Position numbers and translations under genes: made by a program. From Hyphomicrobiales bacterium (lineage in GTDB: Bacteria > Pseudomonadota > Alphaproteobacteria > Rhizobiales > JAJFHB01), in NCBI GenBank assembly GCA_021775625.1, contig JAJFHM010000115.1, positions 1-49,407 of the forward strand: 49,407 bases of DNA, written 5' to 3'. Every line of letters begins with the position of its first letter. Position 1 is the stretch's first letter. Below, piece by piece: positions 25,528 through 34,351 of this stretch. The notes under the pieces are model-generated. The model ran no database searches and was not told the origin of the DNA. It saw only the letters and a list, made by a program, of their open reading frames with translations.

Positions 25528-25561
25528 TTGCCGGACCGCTGATGAACGCCCGAAAGGGCCC

Positions 25562-26515
25562 TCAAAAACCCGTATCACTTTCGCGGATTGCCTTGAGGAT
25601 GCCGACGATCGCCCGGTCACGCGCCGCGGCCATTTCCTCGAAGCGGCGTTCGCCCGCCATCTCATTGCATCCATCGACCATACGGTCACGTAACTCCTGG
25701 GTGAGCGGTGGGGCTTCGAGACGGGACCACGGCAGGAGCAGGGCTGGGCCGAACTGGTCGAGGTTGGTGGCCATACCGCCTGCCCCGCAGGCCACATGAA
25801 ACGCCATGCACTGCCCCATCATTGCCATTCTGGGGCCCGGCCCGTTGATCAGCGCGGTGTCGATGTCCTGCGGCGTTGCCTCACCGTTGGCCACCATGTG
25901 CAGGGCTTCGCGCCACAGCGCTTCCTGGAGCCGGGTCGCAATGAAACCGGGGATCTCCTTTTTCATCACCAGCGGCGCTTTCCCCGCGGCCTTGTAGAAA
26001 TCATGCGCCCATTCAACGGTCGCAGGATCAGTGCCGTCACCGCCGACGATCTCAACCAGTGGCAACAGATAAGGCGGATTGAAGGGATGGCCGACCACGG
26101 TGCGCTCCGGTGAGGCGCAGCGCGCTTGAATATCCGTCATGGTGAGACCGGACGTGCTCGACGAAATCACCACATCGTCCGGCACCAGATCGCCCAGCCG
26201 CTCGTAAAGCGCCTGCTTGACCGCAAGGATTTCCGGCGCACTTTCCTGCACAAACCCGGCATCACCGACGGCCTCCTGTAAATCAGAAGTGATCGTCAGG
26301 CGATCGAGCGAGGCCCCCGGCACCAATCCCAGCGAAGTGAGACTGATCCACGCCGTATCGACGATCTGTCGGAAAGCGCGCTCCTCGTCCGGATCGTGCA
26401 AATAGGCTGCAACGTCATAGCCCTGAGCCAGAAAGTGGGCCGTCCAGCCGGCGCCGATCGGTCCCGCGCCGATGCTCGCGACACGCTTTACATCTGTCGG
26501 GGCAGGTCTGCTCAT
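25562..26515 (-). CDS. L-carnitine dehydrogenase-like 3-hydroxyacyl-CoA dehydrogenase family protein
   Basis: VASIGAGPIGAGWTAHFLAQGYDVAAY NAD fold; VVGHPFNPPYLLPLVEIV; about 317 aa. ATG at 26513-26515 with GGGAAAG upstream, 8 nt after the caiD-like stop. The track ORF to 26737 is over-extended. Confidence 0.75.
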   Translation of the reverse strand: MSRPAPTDVKRVASIGAGPIGAGWTAHFLAQGYDVAAYLHDPDEERAFRQIVDTAWISLTSLGLVPGASLDRLTITSDLQEAVGDAGFVQESAPEILAVKQALYERLGDLVPDDVVISSSTSGLTMTDIQARCASPERTVVGHPFNPPYLLPLVEIVGGDGTDPATVEWAHDFYKAAGKAPLVMKKEIPGFIATRLQEALWREALHMVANGEATPQDIDTALINGPGPRMAMMGQCMAFHVACGAGGMATNLDQFGPALLLPWSRLEAPPLTQELRDRMVDGCNEMAGERRFEEMAAARDRAIVGILKAIRESDTGF

Positions 26516-26523
26516 GTCTTTCC

Positions 26524-27327
26524 CTATTGCCCCTTGAACACGGGTGCGCGTTTTTCGACAAAGGCGCGGACGCCTTCCTCCGCGTCTTCGGATTTCAGCA
26601 TCGCCCGGTAGGTCGGCAGGTTGCCGGTGCGCATGGTGTCGAAGGCATTTTGCAGCGGCACGCACTCGATGGAGCGGAGCACCTCCTTGACGGTTTGCAG
26701 CGCCAGCGGTGCGGCTTCCGCCAGCTGGTCTGCCCATTCGCGCGCCGCGCTCATCAAATCGGCATATGGCACTACTTTGTTGATGAGACCGTAGCGGGCA
26801 GCTTCTTCCGCCGTCATCCGGCGGCCGAGCAGAAACATTTCCATGGCGATGTTATAGGGCAACCGGCGCGGCAGGCGCTGGATGGCGCCGGCATCAGGCA
26901 CCATGCCCAGGGGCATTTCCGGCAGACCGAACTCCACATGTTCGGCCGCAATCAAAAGGTCGCAGGACATGGCCAGCTCGAATCCGCCGCCGATGACAAG
27001 GCCGTTGAGGGCAGCGATCACCGGCTTGTTCAGGGTCCAGTTCTCGGTCAGTCCGGCAAAACCACCATCTCCATAATCGCCATCTTCCCACCAGTTGTCG
27101 AGTTTGGTTTCACCGTCATTGAGGGACTTGAGATCCCATCCGGCGGAGAAAATGCGGTCGCCTTCAGCGGTGAGAATACCGACCCGCAAATCCGCATCGT
27201 CGCGCAGGATCGCGAACGCCGCACCCAGTTCCCGGCTCATGGCGTGGTCTATGGCATTGACTTTGGGCTTGTTCAACTTGACTTCCAGAACGTGACCCGA
27301 CCGGGTTGTCTCAACATGCTGCGTCAT
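26524..27327 (-). CDS. caiD: Carnitinyl-CoA dehydratase / crotonobetainyl-CoA hydratase-like enoyl-CoA hydratase
   Basis: Close resemblance along the length to E. coli CaiD as I remember it (NKPKVNAID, FSAGWDLK, GGFAGLTE, NKPVIAALNG, GGGFELA, SEDAEEGVRAFVEKRAPVFKG). ATG at 27325-27327 with AGAGGA upstream. Confidence 0.8.
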   Translation of the reverse strand: MTQHVETTRSGHVLEVKLNKPKVNAIDHAMSRELGAAFAILRDDADLRVGILTAEGDRIFSAGWDLKSLNDGETKLDNWWEDGDYGDGGFAGLTENWTLNKPVIAALNGLVIGGGFELAMSCDLLIAAEHVEFGLPEMPLGMVPDAGAIQRLPRRLPYNIAMEMFLLGRRMTAEEAARYGLINKVVPYADLMSAAREWADQLAEAAPLALQTVKEVLRSIECVPLQNAFDTMRTGNLPTYRAMLKSEDAEEGVRAFVEKRAPVFKGQ

Positions 27328-27455
27328 GGCTGTCCTCTGGCAATAGGATGACGGATCTATCCAGAATGATCTGTCAGAGCAATTGCCGGGATTTGCGTAA
27401 ATTCGACCGAGTTTGAAATTATTCGACAAGCCGCATTGGCGCGTGCCCGGTGAAG

Positions 27456-27866
27456 TCACCCGTTGTGACGGGGACCTGACCCCGCAAACGAATCCAGGAT
27501 CGGACAGTCCGGCCTGTCGTCGCCGTGACAGGCCTCCGCCAGGTGGGCCAGTTCGTCACGCAGTTTCCGCAGATCGTGAAGTTTATCCTCGATCTCCGCC
27601 AGACGCTTGAGGGCGAGACTTTTAACATTGGCGCTGGAGCGATCCTGATCCTCATAAAGGCTCAAAAGCTCGCGGCACTCTTCTATTGAGAAACTGAGCG
27701 CACGGGCGCGGCGCACGAAGGTCAGCTTCCGCAGCTCGACATCGCCATAGAGCCGGTAGCCGTTTTCAGACCTGCCATTCGGCACCACCAGACCGACATC
27801 CGCATAGTACCGCACCGTCTTGGTTGGCAGCCCTGTTGCATTCGCCGCATCGCCGATATTGAGCAT
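27456..27866 (-). CDS. cueR: MerR-family Cu(I)-responsive regulator (CueR/HmrR type)
   Basis: N-terminal HTH MLNIGDAANATGLPTKTVRYYADVGLV, a coiled-coil dimerisation helix, and the C-terminal metal loop CHGDDRPDC. Confidence 0.9.
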   Translation of the reverse strand: MLNIGDAANATGLPTKTVRYYADVGLVVPNGRSENGYRLYGDVELRKLTFVRRARALSFSIEECRELLSLYEDQDRSSANVKSLALKRLAEIEDKLHDLRKLRDELAHLAEACHGDDRPDCPILDSFAGSGPRHNG

Positions 27867-27878
27867 CTGATTTCCTTC

Positions 27879-27909
27879 TTGACCTTCCAGTGGCTGGAAA
27901 CCTTATACC
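27879..27909 (+). promoter_or_regulatory. MerR/CueR-type promoter: TTGACC (-35), 19-bp spacer containing the dyad TTCCAG-N3-CTGGAA, TATACC (-10)
   Basis: Read directly from the sequence: cTTGACCttccagtggctggaaacctTATACC. It closely resembles the E. coli copA CueR operator layout. It lies 13 bp from the cueR start codon and 30 bp upstream of the DUF4396 gene. Confidence 0.8.
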
Positions 27910-27939
27910 CCACAACAGAATCGCAAAAGGCAAACATTT

Positions 27940-28386
27940 ATGGCTGTTGCCGCAACCGTAACAAATCTCGATTGGAGCTGCCGTCACACATGGCGGGCGG
28001 CGTCGAAAAATACTTTGTGGTGCCTCGTGGGTTGCTCGATCGGCGACATGGGCACAATTCTGTTCTTCCAGCTCAGCGGAATTGCCTGGCCGGTTTTGGC
28101 CATCATGGTGCTCGCCATCGTCAATGGCCTGTTGACGTCAATCGCGCTTGAGACCTTCATCCTGTCGCGACAAATGCAGTTGCTCAACGCCTTCAAGGTG
28201 GCGTGTGGCATGTCGCTGATCTCGATGATTTCCATGGAAGCCGCGATGAACATCGTCGATGTGCTTGCAACCGGTGGCGCAAGGCTCACCTTATGGGTGC
28301 TGCCGATCATGTGGGCCGCTGGTTTCGTAACCCCCCTGCCCTACAATTACTGGCGCCTCAAAGCGCTGGGCAAAGCCTGTCACTGA
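27940..28386 (+). CDS. DUF4396-family membrane protein (commonly CueR-associated)
   Basis: TM-rich 148-aa protein containing WCLVGCSIGDMG. It lies directly downstream of the CueR-type promoter. Confidence 0.7.
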   Translation: MAVAATVTNLDWSCRHTWRAASKNTLWCLVGCSIGDMGTILFFQLSGIAWPVLAIMVLAIVNGLLTSIALETFILSRQMQLLNAFKVACGMSLISMISMEAAMNIVDVLATGGARLTLWVLPIMWAAGFVTPLPYNYWRLKALGKACH

Positions 28387-28585
28387 AATGGCTTGCGAGG
28401 GTTCGGCCTAGATGATGCAATTTTCAGATACAGATGCGCGACGCTCCGGCGATGGAAATCAGGCGTCGGGGTCGTTCAGCAGATTTCGCGGAACCTATGC
28501 GTCCAAACGGCGGGCAATCCGGGCCGGGTCAGCGACGGCCGATCCTTATGCCCGGTGCCACACCTCAGGTTTCACGCAAACGATG

Positions 28586-28765
28586 TCAGCCGCACTTCTG
28601 CGGTTTACCGGTGAGAATCGCAATCGGCAGGGTGACGATCGTCCAGATGCCACAGCCAATCGTCCGGACCGGATCTTTCGGTTTTTCGGCTGCTACGGCA
28701 GCGATCGGCGCTGCCACGAATCCGGCCACTGTTGCGGCGATCACAAGTTTTTTGAACGTATTCAT
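28586..28765 (-). CDS. Small (59 aa) secreted/membrane hypothetical protein
   Basis: ATG at 28763-28765 with GGGAGG 7 nt upstream. N-terminal signal-like MNTFKKLVIAATVAGFVAAPIAAVAA, then a second hydrophobic segment and two Cys. Confidence 0.5.
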   Translation of the reverse strand: MNTFKKLVIAATVAGFVAAPIAAVAAEKPKDPVRTIGCGIWTIVTLPIAILTGKPQKCG

Positions 28766-28944
28766 ATCTGTACCTCCCAATGGTTGGCGGAAATCCAAGC
28801 CATTGCATCGTATGTGAAGCCGCAACCGCAGACAAGACCGTCAGCGCCTTGTGGAAATAACCCCCAGTTGCGCCGTCCGAATGCGCCAGACCCTGCTCTG
28901 CGCAGCTGCCAATGCCGCTCAAGAACGTTTGAATTGGCAACAGC

Positions 28945-29352
28945 ATGAACGATTGGTATAGAGACCGCATGATCGGGAAAGTTGCCAGTCTGCTGCTCAG
29001 TGTCATGTTGCTTGTGACCCAAACTTTCGGGGTGGCGGCACATTGTGTGAGCCAGGAATCAGCTGCCGGGCATGCCCATGCAAGTCTCTCGGTGGCTGCG
29101 CATTCACACGACGCTACGGGCATTGCGGATGACGCACACCATACACACGCGGAACACCAGGCCCCTGCCCCGGATTTTGACTTTGACCTCACCGCAAGTG
29201 ATTGCACGCTGGGGAGTGTCGGTGTCGAGCCGTTAGGTCATTCCGACCCCGAACGCGCGCGGCTAAAGACACCTTTCACCGCTCTCCTTGCGGACGCGCG
29301 CCTTGGCGCAATACCCGCCCAACCTACTCCCCCTCCGAACACCACTCTCTGA
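28945..29352 (+). CDS. His-rich small exported protein (possible metal-binding)
   Basis: Signal-like IGKVASLLLSVMLLVTQTFGVAA, then HCVSQESAAGHAHASLSVAAHSHDATGIADDAHHTHAEH. The start may be the internal ATG at 28969. Confidence 0.5.
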   Translation: MNDWYRDRMIGKVASLLLSVMLLVTQTFGVAAHCVSQESAAGHAHASLSVAAHSHDATGIADDAHHTHAEHQAPAPDFDFDLTASDCTLGSVGVEPLGHSDPERARLKTPFTALLADARLGAIPAQPTPPPNTTL

Positions 29353-29424
29353 ACCAAGTCGTGCCGACCTGCGTTCGACTTTGAGAACGCGCGCTCAAAC
29401 CGATTATTCAGAAAGTGGATAAGT

Positions 29425-29697
29425 ATGTCTTCAAGACGCCCTCTGGCCTGGTTTTCAGGCTCCTTAATGCTGCTGCAAGCGGCACCTGCTTTGGCAGACA
29501 CCTTGCGCGATCCGACAAATCCCGACGCGCCGGTTTCCCGTGCGCACTATCACTCTGTGATGTCGGGCTATCAGTTCGAGCCGATCCGCGGGAAACCCGG
29601 GAACTGGCGTGAACTGAACGATCGGATGGAGCAGATCGGCGGCCCGCTGGGCCAGTTGCGGGATCTATCCGAACCGATTCAAAAGAAGAAGAAATAG
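29425..29697 (+). CDS. Small secreted hypothetical protein
   Basis: Signal peptide MSSRRPLAWFSGSLMLLQAAPALA. Lies 31 nt upstream of the outer-membrane factor gene. Confidence 0.5.
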   Translation: MSSRRPLAWFSGSLMLLQAAPALADTLRDPTNPDAPVSRAHYHSVMSGYQFEPIRGKPGNWRELNDRMEQIGGPLGQLRDLSEPIQKKKK

Positions 29698-29728
29698 CGA
29701 CAACTCACTCAATATAGGGGAGTGTGCA

Positions 29729-31177
29729 ATGATATTTGAGAAGCGACGTGCGCGATTGAAGTCCAGCCTGGCTGTGTTCTCGGCTTTGGCTCTGGGGGCC
29801 TGCGCAACGCCGAATGAGGAAGCTGCGTTCCAGCATGTGAACGCGCTTGTAACGGCGCGAACGAAAGTACCTGTGGTCTGGCACACCACCGATGAATCAC
29901 GGGCCTCGGCCGACTATGAAGTGCGTGGGCTGCTGGCCGAACCATTGTCCAAGAACGGCGCTGTAAAACTTGCGTTTTTGCGCAACCCGGCCATTCAGGC
30001 GACATTGGCGACACTCGGTATTTCGGAAGCAGACGTGGCGCAGGCCGGGCGGATCGAAAATCCTGTGATTTCGATAGAACGGGTCGCCACCCATGGCATC
30101 CTGGAAATTAACCGTCAGGCAATCATCAGTATCCTTTCACTGGCCACCATCGGCGGGCGCAGTGAAATCGCCAAAAACAATGCGGAAAAGACCCGCTACC
30201 TGGCGGCGCTTGATATTGCCGGCACCGCAAATGAAGTTACCACCGCATGGGTCGAAGCTGTTGGCGCACGCGAACGGGTGGCCATCATGAACCGTATCTT
30301 TGCGTCGTCGAAAGCAGCCCGCGATCTGGCAATGCGCCTGGCCGAAGCGGGCAGCATGACGGAGATCGATCGGGCCAAGATCGAGGCCTTCCATGCAGAA
30401 GTCGCCGGGCAGCGCGGGCAATTGCGGGCCGGCGCACAAATGGCGCGCGAGCGGCTGATCAGGGCCATGGGACTGTGGGGCAAGGAGGTTGCATTCAAAC
30501 TTCCCTGGCAACTTCCGCAGCTGCCAGTCCGGGCGAAGCGGTTCGGTGACCTGGAAGCCACCGCGGTCGCGAAGCGCCTCGACATCAGAGCTGCCCGCAA
30601 GGATGTCGAAGCCCTGAAGGAAACCTGGGGGCTCACCGGCTTCACCTCGGTCCTCAATTTGCTGGAGCTTGGGCTCAACTGGGACACGGAGCGTGAGAAG
30701 GATGACGGCGAATCGCGCAAAAACAACCTGAAAGGTTTCGAGTTCGAGATCGCCATCCCGATCTTCGATCCGGGCGATGCCAAACGGTCCCGTGCCAAGT
30801 GGGTCTATATGCAGTCCGTTGAGAAACTGAAGTCGCTCGCCATCACGGCACGTTCGGAAGTGCGCGAGGCCTATGTCGGCTATCGCTCGAAACTCGAACT
30901 GGCGCAGCACTATCAGCGCACCATCGTGCCGCTGCGGGCGAGGATCTCGGAGGAGGAACTGTTGCGCTACAACGGCATGCTGGCCAGCGTGTTCGAGCTT
31001 TTGACGGCGGCCCGGCAGCATGCCGAAGCCTCAATGACGGCTCTCGACGCCAAACGCGATTTCTGGCTGGCGGATGGGCACATGGATGCCGTCTTGTTGA
31101 CCGGCTCAGCCGGCGCGGCGCCCGGCAGCATGGACAGCATGGAAATGGCCAATGCCGGCGGCGATCAGGAACATTGA
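29729..31177 (+). CDS. TolC-family outer-membrane efflux lipoprotein (NodT/CusC-like)
   Basis: Lipobox LALGAC after a signal peptide. Two repeated coiled-coil/beta halves are typical of OMF proteins. Size is 482 aa. Confidence 0.8.
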   Translation: MIFEKRRARLKSSLAVFSALALGACATPNEEAAFQHVNALVTARTKVPVVWHTTDESRASADYEVRGLLAEPLSKNGAVKLAFLRNPAIQATLATLGISEADVAQAGRIENPVISIERVATHGILEINRQAIISILSLATIGGRSEIAKNNAEKTRYLAALDIAGTANEVTTAWVEAVGARERVAIMNRIFASSKAARDLAMRLAEAGSMTEIDRAKIEAFHAEVAGQRGQLRAGAQMARERLIRAMGLWGKEVAFKLPWQLPQLPVRAKRFGDLEATAVAKRLDIRAARKDVEALKETWGLTGFTSVLNLLELGLNWDTEREKDDGESRKNNLKGFEFEIAIPIFDPGDAKRSRAKWVYMQSVEKLKSLAITARSEVREAYVGYRSKLELAQHYQRTIVPLRARISEEELLRYNGMLASVFELLTAARQHAEASMTALDAKRDFWLADGHMDAVLLTGSAGAAPGSMDSMEMANAGGDQEH

Positions 31178-31197
31178 ACGTGAAGGAGCATTCTAAG

Positions 31198-32478
31198 ATG
31201 GACAGACGCAAATTTATGGCGACATCGGCTGCCGCTGTGCTGGCCGCCGGTGCGGTGCCCCGCACCTCGATGGCCAGCGTGCCGGAAGCCGCAATAACCA
31301 AGAGCGCGGCAATGGTGGTGTCGGACCTTCCCAGTGAAGGACGGCCATACATGCCCGTGGCAACCCTCAATGGCTGGTCGGCGCCGTGGCGCATCAAAAA
31401 CGGCTGGAAGGAATTCCACTTGATCGCGGAACCGGTTGAGCGGGAAATTGCACCCGGCATGACCGGCTTCCTGTGGGGCTATAACGGGCAGTGTCCGGGA
31501 CCGACCATTGAATGTGTCGAAGGCGACATGGTGCGCATATTCGTCACCAACAAACTGCCGGAACACACAACCATCCACTGGCACGGCATATTGCTGCCTG
31601 CGGGCATGGATGGTGTCGGCGGATTGAACCAACCCCAGATCAAGCCCGGTGAAACCTTCGTCTACGAGTTCGAGATGAAGAAGTCCGGCACCTTCATGTA
31701 TCACCCGCATGCCGATGAGATGGTGCAAATGGCGATGGGTATGATGGGCTTCTTTGTGGTGCACCCGAAGGACGTGGAACAGCACAAGGTGGACCGCGAC
31801 TTTGTCTTCCTGATGAGCGCCTACGATATCGATCCGGGCGCCTATACGCCGAAGATCAACACCATGTCCGATTTCAACCTGTGGACATGGAACAGCCGCG
31901 TCTTTCCGGGTATCGACCACTTGGTGATCAGGCAGGGAGACCGGGTGCGCGTTCGCTTCGGCAATCTCACCATGACCAATCACCCGATCCACATGCATGG
32001 ATATGACTTCGAAGTCACCTGCACGGATGGCGGCTGGGTGCCGGAGGGTGCGAGGTGGCCGGAGGTCACGGTTGACTGTGCCATCGGGCAGATGCGGGCG
32101 TTCGAATTTGACGCCAATGCGCCCGGCGACTGGGCCATTCACTGCCACAAGTCACATCACACCATGAACCCGATGGGCCATGACGTGCCGACGATGATCG
32201 GTGTCGACCATCGCGGCATCGCCAAACGGATCGTACAGCTGTCGCCGGACTATATGGTCATGGGCGAACGTGGCATGGCCGATATGGGCGAAATGGAGAT
32301 GGAGCTGCCGCGCAACACCCTGCCGATGATGACCGGCTGGGGGCAGTTCGGCCCAATTGAAATGGGCGGAATGTTTTCCGTTGTGAAGGTGCGCGAAAAT
32401 CAGCCGCATCGCGATTTTACAGATCCGGGCTGGTACGACTACCCGGAAGGAACGGTTGCATACAAGTACACCAGCTAG
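31198..32478 (+). CDS. Tat-exported multicopper oxidase (CopA/PcoA-like copper oxidase)
   Basis: Twin-arginine signal MDRRKFMATSAAAVLAAGAV. Copper-ligand motifs HWHG, HPH, HPIHMHG, HCHKSHH. GAAGGAG lies 9 nt upstream of the ATG at 31198. Confidence 0.9.
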   Translation: MDRRKFMATSAAAVLAAGAVPRTSMASVPEAAITKSAAMVVSDLPSEGRPYMPVATLNGWSAPWRIKNGWKEFHLIAEPVEREIAPGMTGFLWGYNGQCPGPTIECVEGDMVRIFVTNKLPEHTTIHWHGILLPAGMDGVGGLNQPQIKPGETFVYEFEMKKSGTFMYHPHADEMVQMAMGMMGFFVVHPKDVEQHKVDRDFVFLMSAYDIDPGAYTPKINTMSDFNLWTWNSRVFPGIDHLVIRQGDRVRVRFGNLTMTNHPIHMHGYDFEVTCTDGGWVPEGARWPEVTVDCAIGQMRAFEFDANAPGDWAIHCHKSHHTMNPMGHDVPTMIGVDHRGIAKRIVQLSPDYMVMGERGMADMGEMEMELPRNTLPMMTGWGQFGPIEMGGMFSVVKVRENQPHRDFTDPGWYDYPEGTVAYKYTS

Positions 32479-32505
32479 CAGAATTAACAATCAAGGAGAC
32501 CGCAG

Positions 32506-32994
32506 ATGAAACGACTCTTGGTAGCGGGCCTCGCCTTCAGCGTGATGACGGGCGCCGCATTCGCACATGGCAAGAAAAAGCACGACGAAGCGAAAGCGGA
32601 AGCGCCCGAAATGGTGAGTACCGATTTCGGAGAAACCGGCAACCCCGAAACGGTCAGCAAAACCGTCACATTGATCATGAGCGACGAAATGACGTTCACG
32701 CCCAATGCCTTCACGGTGAAGGCTGGTGAAACCATCAAATTTGTCGTCAAGAACGGTGGTGAAGAGCTGCATGAAATGGTGATCGGCCGAACCGAAGACC
32801 TCAAGAAACACGCCAAAATGATGGTTCAGTTTCCTGAGATGGAGCATGAAGAACCCTACATGGCCCATGTCGACCCGGGCAAAGATGGCGAGATCGTCTG
32901 GAAATTTTCCAAGACCGGTTCGTTTGAATTCGGCTGCCTCATTCCCGGCCACTATGACGCCGGCATGAGAGGCACAATTGTTGTTGAACATTGA
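32506..32994 (+). CDS. Periplasmic cupredoxin-fold copper-binding protein
   Basis: Signal peptide. Type-1 Cu ligand pattern ...LHEMVIG... and FGCLIPGHYDAGMRG (C-x2-G-H-x4-M). Confidence 0.8.
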   Translation: MKRLLVAGLAFSVMTGAAFAHGKKKHDEAKAEAPEMVSTDFGETGNPETVSKTVTLIMSDEMTFTPNAFTVKAGETIKFVVKNGGEELHEMVIGRTEDLKKHAKMMVQFPEMEHEEPYMAHVDPGKDGEIVWKFSKTGSFEFGCLIPGHYDAGMRGTIVVEH

Positions 32995-33029
32995 GAAGCG
33001 CCCGAACGGCGTGAACAAGGAGTAAGACT

Positions 33030-33332
33030 ATGCGTATTTTGATTGCAACTCTGACGGCTGTATTCGTTCTTGTGGGAGCGCTCGCAGCGGGAACCGGGGC
33101 GTTCGCGGAAGAACCCGTGTGGACGAAAGGCAAAATTACAAAGGTCAAACCCGATCAGGGCAAGGTCACGGTGAAACACGAAGAGATCACCAACCTGGAC
33201 ATGCCTGCCATGAAAATGGTGTTCCGGGTTGAAGACGCCGCCCTGCTCGCAAAACTGAAAACCGGTGAAGAGCACGAGTTCTATTTCGTGAAGGAAAACG
33301 GCCGCTTCACGATCAAGAGTATCAAGGAATAA
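33030..33332 (+). CDS. cusF: CusF-like periplasmic Cu(I)/Ag(I)-binding protein
   Basis: Signal peptide plus GKITKVKPDQGKVTVKHEEITNLDMPAMKMVFRV, the typical CusF_Ec OB-fold with the H/M/M motif. Confidence 0.8.
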   Translation: MRILIATLTAVFVLVGALAAGTGAFAEEPVWTKGKITKVKPDQGKVTVKHEEITNLDMPAMKMVFRVEDAALLAKLKTGEEHEFYFVKENGRFTIKSIKE

Positions 33333-33425
33333 TCCTGCGCAGGGAGGGCAGATGCCATCACATGGATGGCCTGCCTCTCCCCCTGCCGCAGAACAGAAAC
33401 CCACCGGCACGGAGACCACAAACAG

Positions 33426-34337
33426 ATGATGCACGGCATGTCATCACACATGCTCTTTGTCTGGGCCGTTGCCTTGTTGCTTGTGTTCGCGGGCACCGTA
33501 ATCGCGATCTTTATGCTGCGCTCGGCATCGACAGGTGCGATCCGTGTATCGGAGCTGGGCTTCGGCAAACGATTGAAGGGGCTGCCGTTCACGAGACCCG
33601 AACTTGATCCGGCCGGAACCGGCAAGGCTGCTCACGACACGGTTTTCATTCTCCCCGACATCAGCAACTACACCCGCTTCATGACTGGAAACCGGTTCGC
33701 GTTCGGCCATGCGCAGCACATCATTTTCTCGCTCATCAATGCCATGATTGACGCTGCGACGAAAACTGTCGAGCTCTCCAAGCTGGAAGGGGACGCAGCA
33801 TTGTTTTTTGCTGACAGCCAGAAACATTCGGATGCAGCAATCGGGCAAACCGTCATGGACATCTTCCGTGCATTTTTCCAGGAGCGCAATCGGCTGCTCG
33901 CCTCAAACATCTGCGCGTGCAAAGCCTGCACGAGCATTGAACTGCTGGACTTGAAAATATTCGTGCACCGAGGGCGCGCGGCCCGGTTCAAGTTTCGCGG
34001 TTCAGTGGACCATTTCGGAACCGATGTCATTGTGCTGCACCGGCTCATGAAGAACGGTGTCGATGGTCACAGATACGTCATGGTGACCGATGCCGCTGCC
34101 CAAAACATTAGACTTTCGGGCGAGCACATTACATATCACGTGGACGAACAGATCGCTGACATCGGCCCGGTCAGGGCAACTGTTTACGAGATCGATGACG
34201 CCACAGCAGCAGAACTCGGACGCGCCGATAGCCGCGGGAAGACCTCGGTTGCGCGCGATCTGTGGCTCAAGCTGAGGGAGAACATCCGCTCAGTACAAGC
34301 AGAGCTGTTTCAAAAGACGCGCAGCGGCACATCTTGA
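33426..34337 (+). CDS. DUF2652-family protein with an N-terminal TM helix
   Basis: FILPDISNYTRFM...HAQHIIFSLINAMID...LSKLEGDAALFFA matches my recollection of the DUF2652 signature. The start is uncertain: the ORF opens at 33366 inside a hairpin, so I chose the ATG at 33426. Confidence 0.6.
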   Translation: MMHGMSSHMLFVWAVALLLVFAGTVIAIFMLRSASTGAIRVSELGFGKRLKGLPFTRPELDPAGTGKAAHDTVFILPDISNYTRFMTGNRFAFGHAQHIIFSLINAMIDAATKTVELSKLEGDAALFFADSQKHSDAAIGQTVMDIFRAFFQERNRLLASNICACKACTSIELLDLKIFVHRGRAARFKFRGSVDHFGTDVIVLHRLMKNGVDGHRYVMVTDAAAQNIRLSGEHITYHVDEQIADIGPVRATVYEIDDATAAELGRADSRGKTSVARDLWLKLRENIRSVQAELFQKTRSGTS

Positions 34338-34351
34338 AGATATCGCCGCCG

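Noticed and set aside
25540-25560. Short GCCC-gaaa-GGGC hairpin between the convergent SdhB-like and carnitine dehydrogenase genes as a terminator
   Set aside because: The stem is only 4-5 bp and no T-run follows on either strand, which is below what I would accept as an intrinsic terminator.
8283-25561. Calling the cytochrome/flavoprotein region a genomic island or mobile element
   Set aside because: No integrase, transposase, tRNA target, flanking direct repeats or obvious compositional break is visible by eye. The insertion idea is kept only as an inference to be tested by synteny.
28393-28948. Plus-strand ORFs 28412-28948 (178 aa) and 28434-28817 (127 aa) in the copper island
   Set aside because: Their composition is Arg/Ala/Pro-rich with no signal or motif. 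They overlap the better-supported minus-strand small gene (strong GGGAGG SD) and the intergenic region, so they are likely spurious.
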